Part shown: one piece after another, positions 37,502 to 46,873 of the stretch
How positions within the stretch are numbered: the first letter of the stretch is position 1
Layout of the letters: the number at the start of each line of letters is the position of its first letter
Assembly (NCBI GenBank): GCA_031283685.1
Contig: JAITBI010000033.1
Location: 1-47,962, forward strand
Source: Puniceicoccales bacterium
Lineage (GTDB): Bacteria > Verrucomicrobiota > Verrucomicrobiia > Opitutales > JAIRKQ01
DNA length: 47,962 nt
Direction of reading: 5' to 3'
The notes under the pieces: generated by a model
What the model saw: the letters and a program-made list of their open reading frames with translations, nothing else
Databases searched by the model: none
What the model was told of the DNA's origin: nothing
Made by a program: the position numbers and the translations under genes

Positions 37502-39082
37502 TTATCTAAGAATTAGAGAAGTTCCTGTCATTTCGCTGGGTTGGGAAAGCTGCATCATTTGCAATAGGGTTGAAGCAATATCGCACAGTGCACCGGAAGG
37601 CCTTAGTTTAAGATTTTTAAATTCCTTGCCATAGAGTATCACTTCAACGGGATTTGTAGTATGTTGCGTAAATGGCATACCTGTATCTGTGTCTACCATT
37701 TTTTCTAAATTGCCATGGTCGGCGGTGACCAATGCATTGCCACCCACGACATCGATGGCCGAAAGTAATTCTTGCAGGCAGGTGTCGACGGTCTCAGCAG
37801 CCTTTTGACCTGCCTCCATGTTACCCGTATGTCCGACCATGTCAGGATTCGCAAAGTTCACAACGATGAAGGAATACTTTCTGCTTAGGATGGCATCTTT
37901 AACTTCATCTTTTACCGCAAATGCACTCATTTCAGGGCGTTGGTCATAGGTTTCAATATCCGTCGGGCTCGGGATTAATTTTCGATCCTCCCCGGCAAAT
38001 GGTTCTTCGCGATAGTCATTGAAAAAAAATGTCACATGGGCATACTTTTCGGTTTCAGCGCATCTAAATTGTCTCAACCCAAGCTGACTGATATAATTCC
38101 CTAGGATATTTTGCATTTTAGCAGGGCGCTTGAAAATTACGTTTTCACAAAGACCAACTTCATACTCGGTTAGTGTCGCGTAGTATAATTTTAGCAATTT
38201 TTCCCTCGAAAAGCCGGTAAAATCAGCATGTGTAAATGCCTTCGTAATTTCCCTTGGTCGGTCTCCCCGGAAATTGAAAAATAGTATGCTGTCATTGTCT
38301 TCAATTTTTCCGAAAAAATTTCCTTGTTCATCAACGATTTGGGTTGGCAAAATAAACTCATCACCGATCTGATTATCCGATTTGGGGTGATCATAGTAAT
38401 GTTGTATGGCCTCTCTTGAAGATTGAAATTGCGAAAAATTTTGTTCCCCAACCATGCAATTGTATGCTTCCCGAACACGATTCCAACGATTGTCGCGGTC
38501 CATGGCCCAAAATCTACCAATCACAGTAGCGATTTGGCCAATCCCAATTTCTTGGCACCTATTTTCAATCTCTTCCAGATATTTTATGCCACTGTCCTTT
38601 GCCGTATCACGTCCATCGCCGATAAAATGGATGAAAACTTTCCTTACCTCTGCATTTTTAGCGAACCGCAAAATCGCGTACAGATGCCTCATGACAGAGT
38701 GGACTCCACCATCGGAACATAATCCAATCAGATGTAATTTGGAATTGTGCAATTTGACGTTTTTTACTGCATTTTGAAATACCACATTCTTTTCAAACTC
38801 GCCGTTCGCTATCGCCTTGTCAATTCTGACAATTTCTTGGTCCACAATCCTACCCGCGCCGATATTTTGGTGGCCAACTTCACTATTACCCATGATACCT
38901 TCTGGCAGGCCGACGGCCAATCCGGATGCCTCTATTTCTGTTCGTGGCCAATTTTGCGACAAATGGTCGGAAAATGGGGTGTTTGCCTTCAAAATTGCAT
39001 TACAAAAATCTTCCCGCCTGCTATGGTTACAACCCCAGCCGTCCCGAATGATTAAAACAGTGGGAACTACATCACCTGCCAT
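37502..39082 (-). CDS. gpmI: 2,3-bisphosphoglycerate-independent phosphoglycerate mutase
   Basis: IIRDGWG, GNSEVGHQNIGAGR, and TADHGN motifs. Start taken at the Met at 39082 (MAGDVVPTVL...); the ORF is open to 39094. Confidence 0.92.
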   Translation of the reverse strand: MAGDVVPTVLIIRDGWGCNHSRREDFCNAILKANTPFSDHLSQNWPRTEIEASGLAVGLPEGIMGNSEVGHQNIGAGRIVDQEIVRIDKAIANGEFEKNVVFQNAVKNVKLHNSKLHLIGLCSDGGVHSVMRHLYAILRFAKNAEVRKVFIHFIGDGRDTAKDSGIKYLEEIENRCQEIGIGQIATVIGRFWAMDRDNRWNRVREAYNCMVGEQNFSQFQSSREAIQHYYDHPKSDNQIGDEFILPTQIVDEQGNFFGKIEDNDSILFFNFRGDRPREITKAFTHADFTGFSREKLLKLYYATLTEYEVGLCENVIFKRPAKMQNILGNYISQLGLRQFRCAETEKYAHVTFFFNDYREEPFAGEDRKLIPSPTDIETYDQRPEMSAFAVKDEVKDAILSRKYSFIVVNFANPDMVGHTGNMEAGQKAAETVDTCLQELLSAIDVVGGNALVTADHGNLEKMVDTDTGMPFTQHTTNPVEVILYGKEFKNLKLRPSGALCDIASTLLQMMQLSQPSEMTGTSLILR

Positions 39083-39200
39083 GATAATTACCAATGATAA
39101 ATTTTAAAAAATTTTCAATCCATTTGATAATTAATCATTACCTGATCACTTACACCTTCTTGACTTTTACATTTTCAAGCATATCTAGGTCAACGCAGGA

Positions 39201-39584
39201 ATGAAAGCGAAACAAATCTAATCAGTTGATACTCTAAAATTTTTCTTGGCTTGTGTCATCGTGTTTCATCACATCACAAGTATGTATCTTGGAAAGTTAT
39301 TTGCGACCAACCTAGCCGTGACAGGATTTTTTATCATATCAGGATTCTTGCCGGTACACTTGTTTTACCCAAATAGATGGCATGGGCACAGAAATTTTGT
39401 TAAAATATTGACATTTTTACCGGAGTCTATAACCTTAATCCCATTTAAAAAACATATTTTATGGATCTATCTGCCCCATCACAATTACCTCCAGATGAAC
39501 CACCTACTACCCAAAATCAGGATCCGAGGCATCGCACAATTTGCTTGGATCCAACATTGGCAAAGTTTTAAGGCAAGATTTTAA
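39201..39584 (+). pseudogene. Probable relic of an acyltransferase-3 family (OafA-like) gene
   Basis: ATG at 39201 reads MKAKQI, then an in-frame TAA at 39219-39221, then SVDTLKFFLACVIVFHHITS...AVTGFFIISGFL. This reproduces the family's N-terminal pattern (LK..a..iV..HH ... FFiiSGFL). The frame closes after about 125 codons, against about 350 aa for intact members. Confidence 0.3.
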
Positions 39585-39600
39585 ATTAAAAATAGGAGAG

Positions 39601-40749
39601 ATGGCTCTAAAAGAGCATGTCGCTGTAACTCTAGAGAACCAGAGCGGTACTTCAGCAAGCGTGGAGCTAGGTTCTATTCCGAACGAATTTACAAATCTAA
39701 TCAATGAGCTCAATGAAGGGAAATATCAGGTCAATTGTTTTAAAAAATTTTGGATCTGGTTAACAAATCTTGTTAACGGCAATTCTAATGTCGAAGTCGA
39801 CAAAGAAGCTTTTAAAAAAATCAACAACAAAGAGGCCTTTGTAAAGGCTGCTCTTGAGCACATTGTATTACCAGAAAATGCAGACAACGTTGCAGAGAAT
39901 GTAAAATTATTGTTGAAATTTTGCCAAGGCGTTAATTCCAAAGTAATTGTCGACAGATTTCGTGCCATACCTAATGTCGATAACAAAATTGCAATTCTTT
40001 CTTCAATAGTGGGAAAATTTAGCGCAGAGGAAATGAATGGCGATACTAAAAATCTCTTTGTACAGCTTCTACAGGAAACTTTAGATGCAGTAGCAATTGC
40101 CGAGGACAAAGATACGGATGCACTATGTGGAAGGTTGGAAAATTTACAAAAATTGTGTGATAAATGTAAAGAAAGGGGGATCTTCCTCGAGAGCCCTAGA
40201 GAGATGTTCTCACCAAGGACTCGTCAGATAGAAATCGCTGCAAGCAAAAAACTAACTGAAACTCTGATGACGTATGTCACCAACCACGATCTTCAACGGA
40301 AATATCGAGATGCCTTAAAAACGATAGTTTTATTACTACATCCCTTCTGTCAGAGTGACGATACGGAGATTGAGGGCTGTCCGATAGGGGCCCAGATATG
40401 CCAGATGATACAACTTGACAATGACCAAGATAATTCCCTAGGCAAGCGCCTGATGGAATATTTTAATTGCCAAGGGGATCCTAACCAATTTAAGGGGAAA
40501 ATTTCATCCATTCAACAAATACTGTCAAATTCGGATGTCAACGCTCGTCAACGGAAAGCCGATTTTATACAATTTTTAAGGGACAATCCTAACATTAGGG
40601 AAGCATTCCAACGAATGAAAAGTGACTTCCCTCCTAATAGTGAATTTTTACCGTTCGAGATATTTGCGTACATATTTATTTATTATGATGGAGGAAGTCC
40701 GTTTTATAATTTCCTGGATGAATCTCTACAAGAAGCTAATGAAAACTGA
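39601..40749 (+). CDS. Hypothetical protein (382 aa), orphan
   Basis: ATG preceded by the SD-like aggagag. Long uninterrupted ORF, predicted helical, with no signal peptide, no TM segment and no motif I recognise. The ORF track starts earlier at 39541, but the Met at 39601 has the ribosome-binding site. Confidence 0.6.
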   Translation: MALKEHVAVTLENQSGTSASVELGSIPNEFTNLINELNEGKYQVNCFKKFWIWLTNLVNGNSNVEVDKEAFKKINNKEAFVKAALEHIVLPENADNVAENVKLLLKFCQGVNSKVIVDRFRAIPNVDNKIAILSSIVGKFSAEEMNGDTKNLFVQLLQETLDAVAIAEDKDTDALCGRLENLQKLCDKCKERGIFLESPREMFSPRTRQIEIAASKKLTETLMTYVTNHDLQRKYRDALKTIVLLLHPFCQSDDTEIEGCPIGAQICQMIQLDNDQDNSLGKRLMEYFNCQGDPNQFKGKISSIQQILSNSDVNARQRKADFIQFLRDNPNIREAFQRMKSDFPPNSEFLPFEIFAYIFIYYDGGSPFYNFLDESLQEANEN

Positions 40750-40838
40750 TGATTTTGGGTATTCCATGGTCAAATATTATGATAGGAAAAATCATTTAAT
40801 GATCGATTTTCTTGAAAAAAAGGACAGAATGCAGAAAA

Positions 40839-42260
40839 ATGATACCGCGTAAAAGAGAAATCTTGGTTCGACTCATCCGGATGTTCAATGGTCCAAATTT
40901 TTTAGAAAACATTAAACAAATTTTCCATGAGCACAAGCAAAGTCCAAAAGAAACCGCGGTCTGTCGAGCTCTGGCAATGAGTGTTTTGGGCCTAGCCTTG
41001 GAGAAAGATTACGGCAAAGAACCTCTGGATCAATGTGCTCAGTGTGCTCTGGAACGTGAAAAACCTTCTTCGCCACCGTTAACAGTGCTCCATTGTGCAT
41101 GCAATGGGTGCAAAGCCAGCCACATACACGTCACCGATCTATGTCAAAATTGTATAAAAAAACCATGCCTCGCCGCCTGTCGATTCAATGCGATTAGCAA
41201 CGATGGGAAGCGGTCGATTATTGATACAAAAAATTGTAAAAAGTGCAGTATGTGCCTGCGTGCGTGCCCCTACGGTGCCATTGTTAAAACCATTGTCCCA
41301 TGCGAGAACGCTTGCCCCGTTGATGCCATTGTAAAGGATGAAAAGGGACATGCGGCGATTGATTTCGCCAAATGTATCAGTTGTGGGAAGTGTATGGTTG
41401 CTTGCCCATTCGAGGCTATACAGGTCAGAAGCCAAATAATCGATGTGCTTAGGGCCATAAAATCCAAGAAAAAAGTGACAGCTTTGATGGCTCCCGCATT
41501 ACTTGGACAGTTCAAATGTTCCGCAGAACAACTGCATACCGCCATGAAAAAAATCGGGTTTTCCTTTGTCTACGAAGTCGCCATTGGGGCAGAATCCACA
41601 TCGTTTCATGAGGCAAAAGATTTAGAAGAACGCCTAGCTAGGGATGAAAAGTTTATGACAACATCCTGCTGTGCCGCCTACAACAACCTCGTGAGAAAAC
41701 ATATTCCAGATTTGAAACCGTTCGTTTCCACCTCTGGCACACCATTGTTTTACACGGCGGAGCATGTTCGAGAAAAACATGGGGATGGCATTTTAGTTTT
41801 CATAAGCCCATGTCTAGCCAAATATGAAGAAGTATTCGCGAATGAAAAGATCGATTTCGTTCTTAGCTGTGAAGAGATTGAAGCATTGTTTGAGGCGTTT
41901 TCAATTATCCCTAGCGAATGTGAAGAAGAAGCATTTTCGTATCAGACGGCGAAAGAAGCGAGAGAATTTTCCATAAGCGGTGGTGTTTCCCGGGCAGTTC
42001 AGAGTGTCTTGGCCCCAAACGGCAAAGAGGCAACATTTACACCAATTAATGGATTAGATCGCGAAGTCGTGAAGGATTTGAAACATTTTGCCAAAGCTGG
42101 AGAATGTGAAAAAGGGACCGTATTGGAAGTAATGTCATGTCAGGGAGGATGCATCGGCGGTGGACTGCTTTGTTGCCCAACCGCCACTGCTCTTAGGCAG
42201 GTTAAAGATTATGGAGAAAAAGGACTATCCCTATCGGATAAAAAGCCAAAAAATGCTTGA
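40839..42260 (+). CDS. [FeFe]-hydrogenase-like protein with an N-terminal multi-[4Fe-4S] ferredoxin module
   Basis: Several Cys clusters: CKKCSMCLRACP, CISCGKCMVACP, CENACP, CQNCIKKPCLAAC. H-cluster motifs are present in variant form: TSCCAAY (L1), SPCLAKYEE (L2), EVMSCQGGCIGGG (L3). Confidence 0.85.
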   Translation: MIPRKREILVRLIRMFNGPNFLENIKQIFHEHKQSPKETAVCRALAMSVLGLALEKDYGKEPLDQCAQCALEREKPSSPPLTVLHCACNGCKASHIHVTDLCQNCIKKPCLAACRFNAISNDGKRSIIDTKNCKKCSMCLRACPYGAIVKTIVPCENACPVDAIVKDEKGHAAIDFAKCISCGKCMVACPFEAIQVRSQIIDVLRAIKSKKKVTALMAPALLGQFKCSAEQLHTAMKKIGFSFVYEVAIGAESTSFHEAKDLEERLARDEKFMTTSCCAAYNNLVRKHIPDLKPFVSTSGTPLFYTAEHVREKHGDGILVFISPCLAKYEEVFANEKIDFVLSCEEIEALFEAFSIIPSECEEEAFSYQTAKEAREFSISGGVSRAVQSVLAPNGKEATFTPINGLDREVVKDLKHFAKAGECEKGTVLEVMSCQGGCIGGGLLCCPTATALRQVKDYGEKGLSLSDKKPKNA

Positions 42261-42361
42261 TTCGCTGATCATTTTCGGTAAAGTAGGACTTCCCCTTGTA
42301 TTTGTATTTATAGGCTGAAGAATAGAAAGTAAATGGCATATGACATTAAAAAAGGATAATT

Positions 42362-43690
42362 ATGGATGATTTGGACACACTCATAGGGAAAGCAAAGGAA
42401 GCTCAAAAGGTTTATGCAATTTTCCCCCAGGAAAAAGTTGATGCAATTTTTAAGTCTGCGGCAATGACAGCGGATGAGGCACGGGAAGAGCTGGCTAGGA
42501 TGGCTGTGGATGAAACGGGCATGGGCATAGTAAAAGATAAAATTTTTAAAAATCACTTCGCCGCTCACTTTATCTACGAAAAGTATGCAGCGGCAAAAAC
42601 CTGCGGAATCATTTCCGAAGATAAACCAAATCGAATAAAGGTAATAGTGGACCCCATTGGGCTGATTGCGGGAGTTATTCCTACGACAAATCCAACAGCC
42701 ACGGCAATTTTTAAGGCATTACTGGTTTTAAAAACGCGCAACGGAATTGTGGTATCTCCTCATCCACGGGCGAAAAAATGTACGGCAGCAGCGGTAAAGA
42801 TCGTTGCCGATGCCGCAATTAAAGCGGGCGCTCCAAAAAATTTGTTGGCATGTCTAGACGAACCAACTCTGGAAGCAACCACGGCCCTTATGCATCATCC
42901 ATCCATTGATCTTATTTTAGCTACCGGAGGAGGTGGCATGGTAAAAGCTGCCTATGCCAGTGGGAAACCCGCCCTAGGAGTCGGAGCAGGTAATACCCCT
43001 GCTATTATCGATGAAAACGCAAATGTGTCGGCGGCCGTAGAAGCCGTACTTGCGAGTAAAACATTCGACAATGGCGTCATCTGTGCATCCGAACAATCCA
43101 TCGTTGCCGTAAAAAGCGTCTATGACGGCGTAAGAAAAGAATTAGCAAAACAGGGAGCTTATATTTTAAACAAAGAGGAGTCGGCAACACTAGGGAAAAT
43201 TATCATCAACGAAAAAGGCCTCAACCCTGCAATTGTCGGACAAAGTGCTCAGAAGATTGGAGAATTGGCAGGTCTTAGGATTCCCGCAACGGCCCGCGTG
43301 CTTGTCAGCGAAGAGAAAGTTTACGATGCCAGTAATCCCTATGCCCGGGAAAAGTTATCCCTAATTCTTTCCCTCTATGGTGCCCCGAATTTTGAACAAG
43401 CCGTGGAAATTGGCCTGCAACTGATTAGCATCGGTGGATTGGGCCACACGTCTGTCCTTCACACCGACGCAAACGATCAGCGGCGCATCGACTATTTCGC
43501 CAACAAAATGCCTACGGGTAGACTACTGATTAATTTACCTGCTTCCCAGGGAGCCATCGGGTTTTCTAATGACAGCCTTACTCCGTCCTTGACCCTCGGT
43601 TGTGGTTCATGGGGAGGGAATGCTTCCAGCGAAAACATTGGCATAAAGCACCTACTCAACTATAAAACCATTGTCGGCAAAAGGGGCTAA
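42362..43690 (+). CDS. CoA-acylating acetaldehyde dehydrogenase (AdhE N-terminal ALDH domain type, stand-alone)
   Basis: Collinear with the AdhE ALDH half: KAKEAQKVYAIFPQEKVDAIF, MAVDETGMGIVKDKIFKNHFA, catalytic FDNGVICASEQS. It ends ...GIKHLLNYKTIVGKRG*, exactly at the AdhE inter-domain linker. SD aagga lies upstream. Confidence 0.9.
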   Translation: MDDLDTLIGKAKEAQKVYAIFPQEKVDAIFKSAAMTADEAREELARMAVDETGMGIVKDKIFKNHFAAHFIYEKYAAAKTCGIISEDKPNRIKVIVDPIGLIAGVIPTTNPTATAIFKALLVLKTRNGIVVSPHPRAKKCTAAAVKIVADAAIKAGAPKNLLACLDEPTLEATTALMHHPSIDLILATGGGGMVKAAYASGKPALGVGAGNTPAIIDENANVSAAVEAVLASKTFDNGVICASEQSIVAVKSVYDGVRKELAKQGAYILNKEESATLGKIIINEKGLNPAIVGQSAQKIGELAGLRIPATARVLVSEEKVYDASNPYAREKLSLILSLYGAPNFEQAVEIGLQLISIGGLGHTSVLHTDANDQRRIDYFANKMPTGRLLINLPASQGAIGFSNDSLTPSLTLGCGSWGGNASSENIGIKHLLNYKTIVGKRG

Positions 43691-43930
43691 TCCTTCCCTA
43701 CGCCCTACTATTTGCAGATATCTAGAAGTGACTTCAGCCCACCAGCCCTAGGACGGTGCCGTTCGATTGGCATCATTCAGAATTTTAGCACCGACCATAC
43801 CTTTCCTTGGGAGAAAGTATTTGCTTTAGGTGGCTACACTTTTATGGCCCAACACGCCATACCGGCACAAATTCTCCGCCACTATAAAAATGCCTTCGAT
43901 TTGTGTCCATCCTTATCCTACCCAGCGTAG
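43691..43930 (+). pseudogene. Possible eroded remnant of the AdhE Fe-alcohol-dehydrogenase domain
   Basis: The same frame as the ALDH gene stays open for 79 codons after its TAA. TPYYLQISRSDFSPPAL compares with the E. coli AdhE linker LPKSIYFRRGSLPIAL. VFALGGYTFMAQHA compares with the Fe-ADH motif ALGGGSPMDAAK. The spacing implies large deletions. Confidence 0.3.
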
Positions 43931-44095
43931 GACCTTTTACTCCCTTTTTAAGTCTTTTTTGTAAATTTTTTACCCCCGGAAAGCCTGGCGAACAAATTCC
44001 CAGGCAGTGGTGGTGTAATGGGGCAAAGACCCGAAGTTCATCGTGGCCTTGATACAAACAAGATCGGGAACAATCCATTTTCGTGGATGAAAGAT

Positions 44096-44171
<76 letters not shown>

Positions 44172-44270
44172 TTCAGATTGGCTGTAAGTTGTAATAGACA
44201 CGAGACTTGTCAATAATTATTGCATGCTTCAGAAGAATTCTTCTATTCCCCTACATCGATTTTGAAGTCC

Positions 44271-46667
44271 TTAGGCGATGAAAAACTCTTTTTGGAATGC
44301 GTCAATGGCAGTCGTTGTACCAACTAACAGTAGTATGTCATCCTTCATCAGTTCTATGTCAGGCCTAATATCGCTGATTTTTTCATCTTTTCTCTGAATT
44401 CCTACTACGTTTAGGTTATACTTTTGCCTGAAATGTAGGGTAGATAAAATATTACCGGCGAAATTTTTATCACTGCCGATACAGAAACTCAAAATGTCGA
44501 ACTGGGCATTCGTCCACTTTGATTTTTTTTCCTCACTTTCCTTAAGCAAAATTGCTTTGGCATCATTTATTTGAGACTTTGTTCCTATGAGAATTAGGTG
44601 ATCTCCGGGAAACAGTTGACTGTCCGGATTGAGCTTGTAGGATGTCAAACCGCCACGGGCAATGGCAATGATAGTGACCCCCGTTAACTCACGAAGCCTT
44701 AGTTCAGAAAGTTCCTTACCTATGCTATCGTAGTTCGATTGCAATAAAATTTCATGGATTTCTAAGGGCCAGGGATTATTAGCAGCAGCTTTGGCTAAAA
44801 TAGATTTTCTATGGAGTTGTTCCTGTGATTCTATCCTATCGTTAAAATTTTTGATAAATACTAGCTCGAGCTTGTTATTGAGCTTCGACAGCTGTTGCCA
44901 CAAAAAAATCGCCAGAATAACAGCAATCGATCCAAATAAAATCACAGGGACGCCCTGGGGCAAATATCTCGAAGCAATTCCTAGAAAAATACCACTGAAT
45001 AAAAATAAAGCTGCAATAACGGAAATGGCTTTCATCACACCGAATACCCTGTTGCGCAGTAACTCATTTTGAGTACGTTTGTTCAGTGAGCTTTTGATCA
45101 AATTGGCAAATATTGCTTGGATATTTTTTATAATACCGACCAAAAATGGTATGCAAATTAAAAACGCTGCCACCCAAATGCACGATTGAAACACGTTGGA
45201 ACTGATTTCGAAGATTTTTTCTTCGGACAACTGCTCCGCATAGGATTTGCTGATCATACAGAATACTTTGCTCAAAAACTTTAGTATGGATGACAATACA
45301 TCCCCAAATTCTCCACTTTTGGTCAGGGCTGCTAGCCATGAAACGGAAAATAGGGTGCCGCTCAGTAAAAATAACCAAAGCAATGCTAATAAAAGCTGAC
45401 GGACTACCAATTCAATGAACACATTTTTCGATACATTATCTTTGATTTCACCGAACAAATGGTGGTAAGTTTTGCCAAACTCTTTTAGAAAATTTGGACA
45501 GCGAGAGTAGAGAAATCCAAAAATCCTATCGGCCTGATTGCTTAAAATCGAACAGATTAGAATTGTACCTAGTGCGACACCAACGGTCACGGACATAAAG
45601 TCTTTGTGGAGTACACCTAGGGAATTTCCCAAAACGGCGATGACAAAGCTAAATTCCCCAATTTGTGCCTTCGAAAATGCAGCTTTAAAAGCAGTTTCAC
45701 TTTTCTTCCCGACCAAAAACAAAGCTAGGGTCCCAATGCATGTTTGTCCAATGAATGTTATTAGGGCTAGAGTCAGTATCCATGGCCAAAAATGCACGAT
45801 TGCTTTTATGTCAATCATCATACCAACAGATGTAAAAAAGACCGCATTAAAAACGTCTCGCAGGGATTCTGTTATTCTATCAACCTGCTGGGTAATGTTT
45901 GTTCGCGACAGAATTGATCCAGCCAAAAATGCCCCTAGTGCCACCGAGAAATTAAAGTAATGTGCTAGCTGGCATATGGCCATCAAAAAGCCAATTATAG
46001 CTACTACTAATGCTTCCGGAGATGGTTCTCGGAATAGGATACGTACAAAAAACGGTGCTACCAGCTTGCCCACGCAGAATACCATGACGACGAATACGCT
46101 AATAATGAAGGTACTTCTTTTAACTTCAAACATGTCGAACTGTCCCGTGTGTCCTATGCTTGAGAGTATTACCAAAAACACCATGGCAAGGATATCTTCC
46201 AATATTAAACACCCAATGGCACACTGGGCGTATTCCGTGTTGAGTGTATTTTTAGCCTTCAATAAAGGAATTGTTATCATCGTTGAACTCATCACTAGCA
46301 TAGAACCTAGAAACAGTCCGTTTAAACCAGACCAACCGAGTAACGGGGCGATCATCATTCCAATTGCTATCATTCCTATGGATTGAAGTGCCAACCAAAA
46401 GGCGGACGGAACGAAGATTTTTTTTAGTTTCACCAGGTCGAATTCCAGCCCGATGTAAAACATTAGGAATATTACTCCCAATTCGCTTAATTGATTTATG
46501 GATTCACCTCCACGTATACAATTGAGGCAATGGGGACCGACCAAAAATCCACCGACTATGTATCCCAATAGGAGTGGCAATTTTAGGTAATGAAAAATCA
46601 GAGAAAATATACCGCTGGCGATGCAAACAGTGGCTAAATCCTGAAAAATTGTAATAGTTGCATCCAT
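44271..46667 (-). CDS. CPA2 family monovalent cation:proton antiporter with two C-terminal RCK_C (TrkA-C) domains
   Basis: 798 aa. The N-terminal ~390 aa is Kef/Na-H-exchanger-like and multi-TM. An extra hydrophobic block of about 200 aa follows, then two TrkA-C-like repeats (...LFPGDHLILIGT... and ...MKDDILLLVGT...). Confidence 0.88.
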   Translation of the reverse strand: MDATITIFQDLATVCIASGIFSLIFHYLKLPLLLGYIVGGFLVGPHCLNCIRGGESINQLSELGVIFLMFYIGLEFDLVKLKKIFVPSAFWLALQSIGMIAIGMMIAPLLGWSGLNGLFLGSMLVMSSTMITIPLLKAKNTLNTEYAQCAIGCLILEDILAMVFLVILSSIGHTGQFDMFEVKRSTFIISVFVVMVFCVGKLVAPFFVRILFREPSPEALVVAIIGFLMAICQLAHYFNFSVALGAFLAGSILSRTNITQQVDRITESLRDVFNAVFFTSVGMMIDIKAIVHFWPWILTLALITFIGQTCIGTLALFLVGKKSETAFKAAFSKAQIGEFSFVIAVLGNSLGVLHKDFMSVTVGVALGTILICSILSNQADRIFGFLYSRCPNFLKEFGKTYHHLFGEIKDNVSKNVFIELVVRQLLLALLWLFLLSGTLFSVSWLAALTKSGEFGDVLSSILKFLSKVFCMISKSYAEQLSEEKIFEISSNVFQSCIWVAAFLICIPFLVGIIKNIQAIFANLIKSSLNKRTQNELLRNRVFGVMKAISVIAALFLFSGIFLGIASRYLPQGVPVILFGSIAVILAIFLWQQLSKLNNKLELVFIKNFNDRIESQEQLHRKSILAKAAANNPWPLEIHEILLQSNYDSIGKELSELRLRELTGVTIIAIARGGLTSYKLNPDSQLFPGDHLILIGTKSQINDAKAILLKESEEKKSKWTNAQFDILSFCIGSDKNFAGNILSTLHFRQKYNLNVVGIQRKDEKISDIRPDIELMKDDILLLVGTTTAIDAFQKEFFIA

Positions 46668-46873
46668 TGTTTTGTCTTGGTAGATAAAGACTGAGGAAAG
46701 ATTTTTTTTTGTAAAGCTAGATATTCACCTAGACGTTCACCGAGTATCCTTCGGACAAAGTCTGAAATTCAACATGTGATGAATGGGGAAAATTATACTC
46801 GTACCGTAAAGGCAGTGATTATTTAGTTGCCTGATTCTTCGAAAAATAAAAAGCAAAGTAAAGTGTATATTCT

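Noticed and set aside
39461-39571. 36-codon proline-rich small ORF (MDLSAPSQLPPDEPPTTQNQDPRHRTICLDPTLAKF) just upstream of the orphan gene
   Set aside because: It has no ribosome-binding site, overlaps the putative acyltransferase relic in another frame, and is too short to support without expression or conservation data.
43691-44095. About 400 bp of relatively GC-rich, hairpin-rich non-coding DNA next to tRNA-Gly, considered as tmRNA, RNase P RNA, SRP RNA or another ncRNA
   Set aside because: I checked both strands for GAGGAAAGTCCGGGC and ACAGAAxCCGGCTTA (RNase P), GGGGCTGA...TCCACCA (tmRNA) and the GGAA-tetraloop SRP motif. There is a T-loop-like hairpin (gtgcc-gttcgatt-ggcat, 43756-43773) but no matching acceptor stem or CCA. 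A decayed ADH domain explains the first part better. An ncRNA cannot be excluded without a covariance-model search such as Rfam/Infernal.
44231-44244. Perfect 14-bp palindrome agaagaattcttct downstream of the antiporter gene, as an intrinsic terminator
   Set aside because: The effective stem is only 5 bp around an AATT loop, it is AT-rich, and no T-run follows on the minus strand. It also contains an EcoRI-type site, so the palindromy may be incidental.
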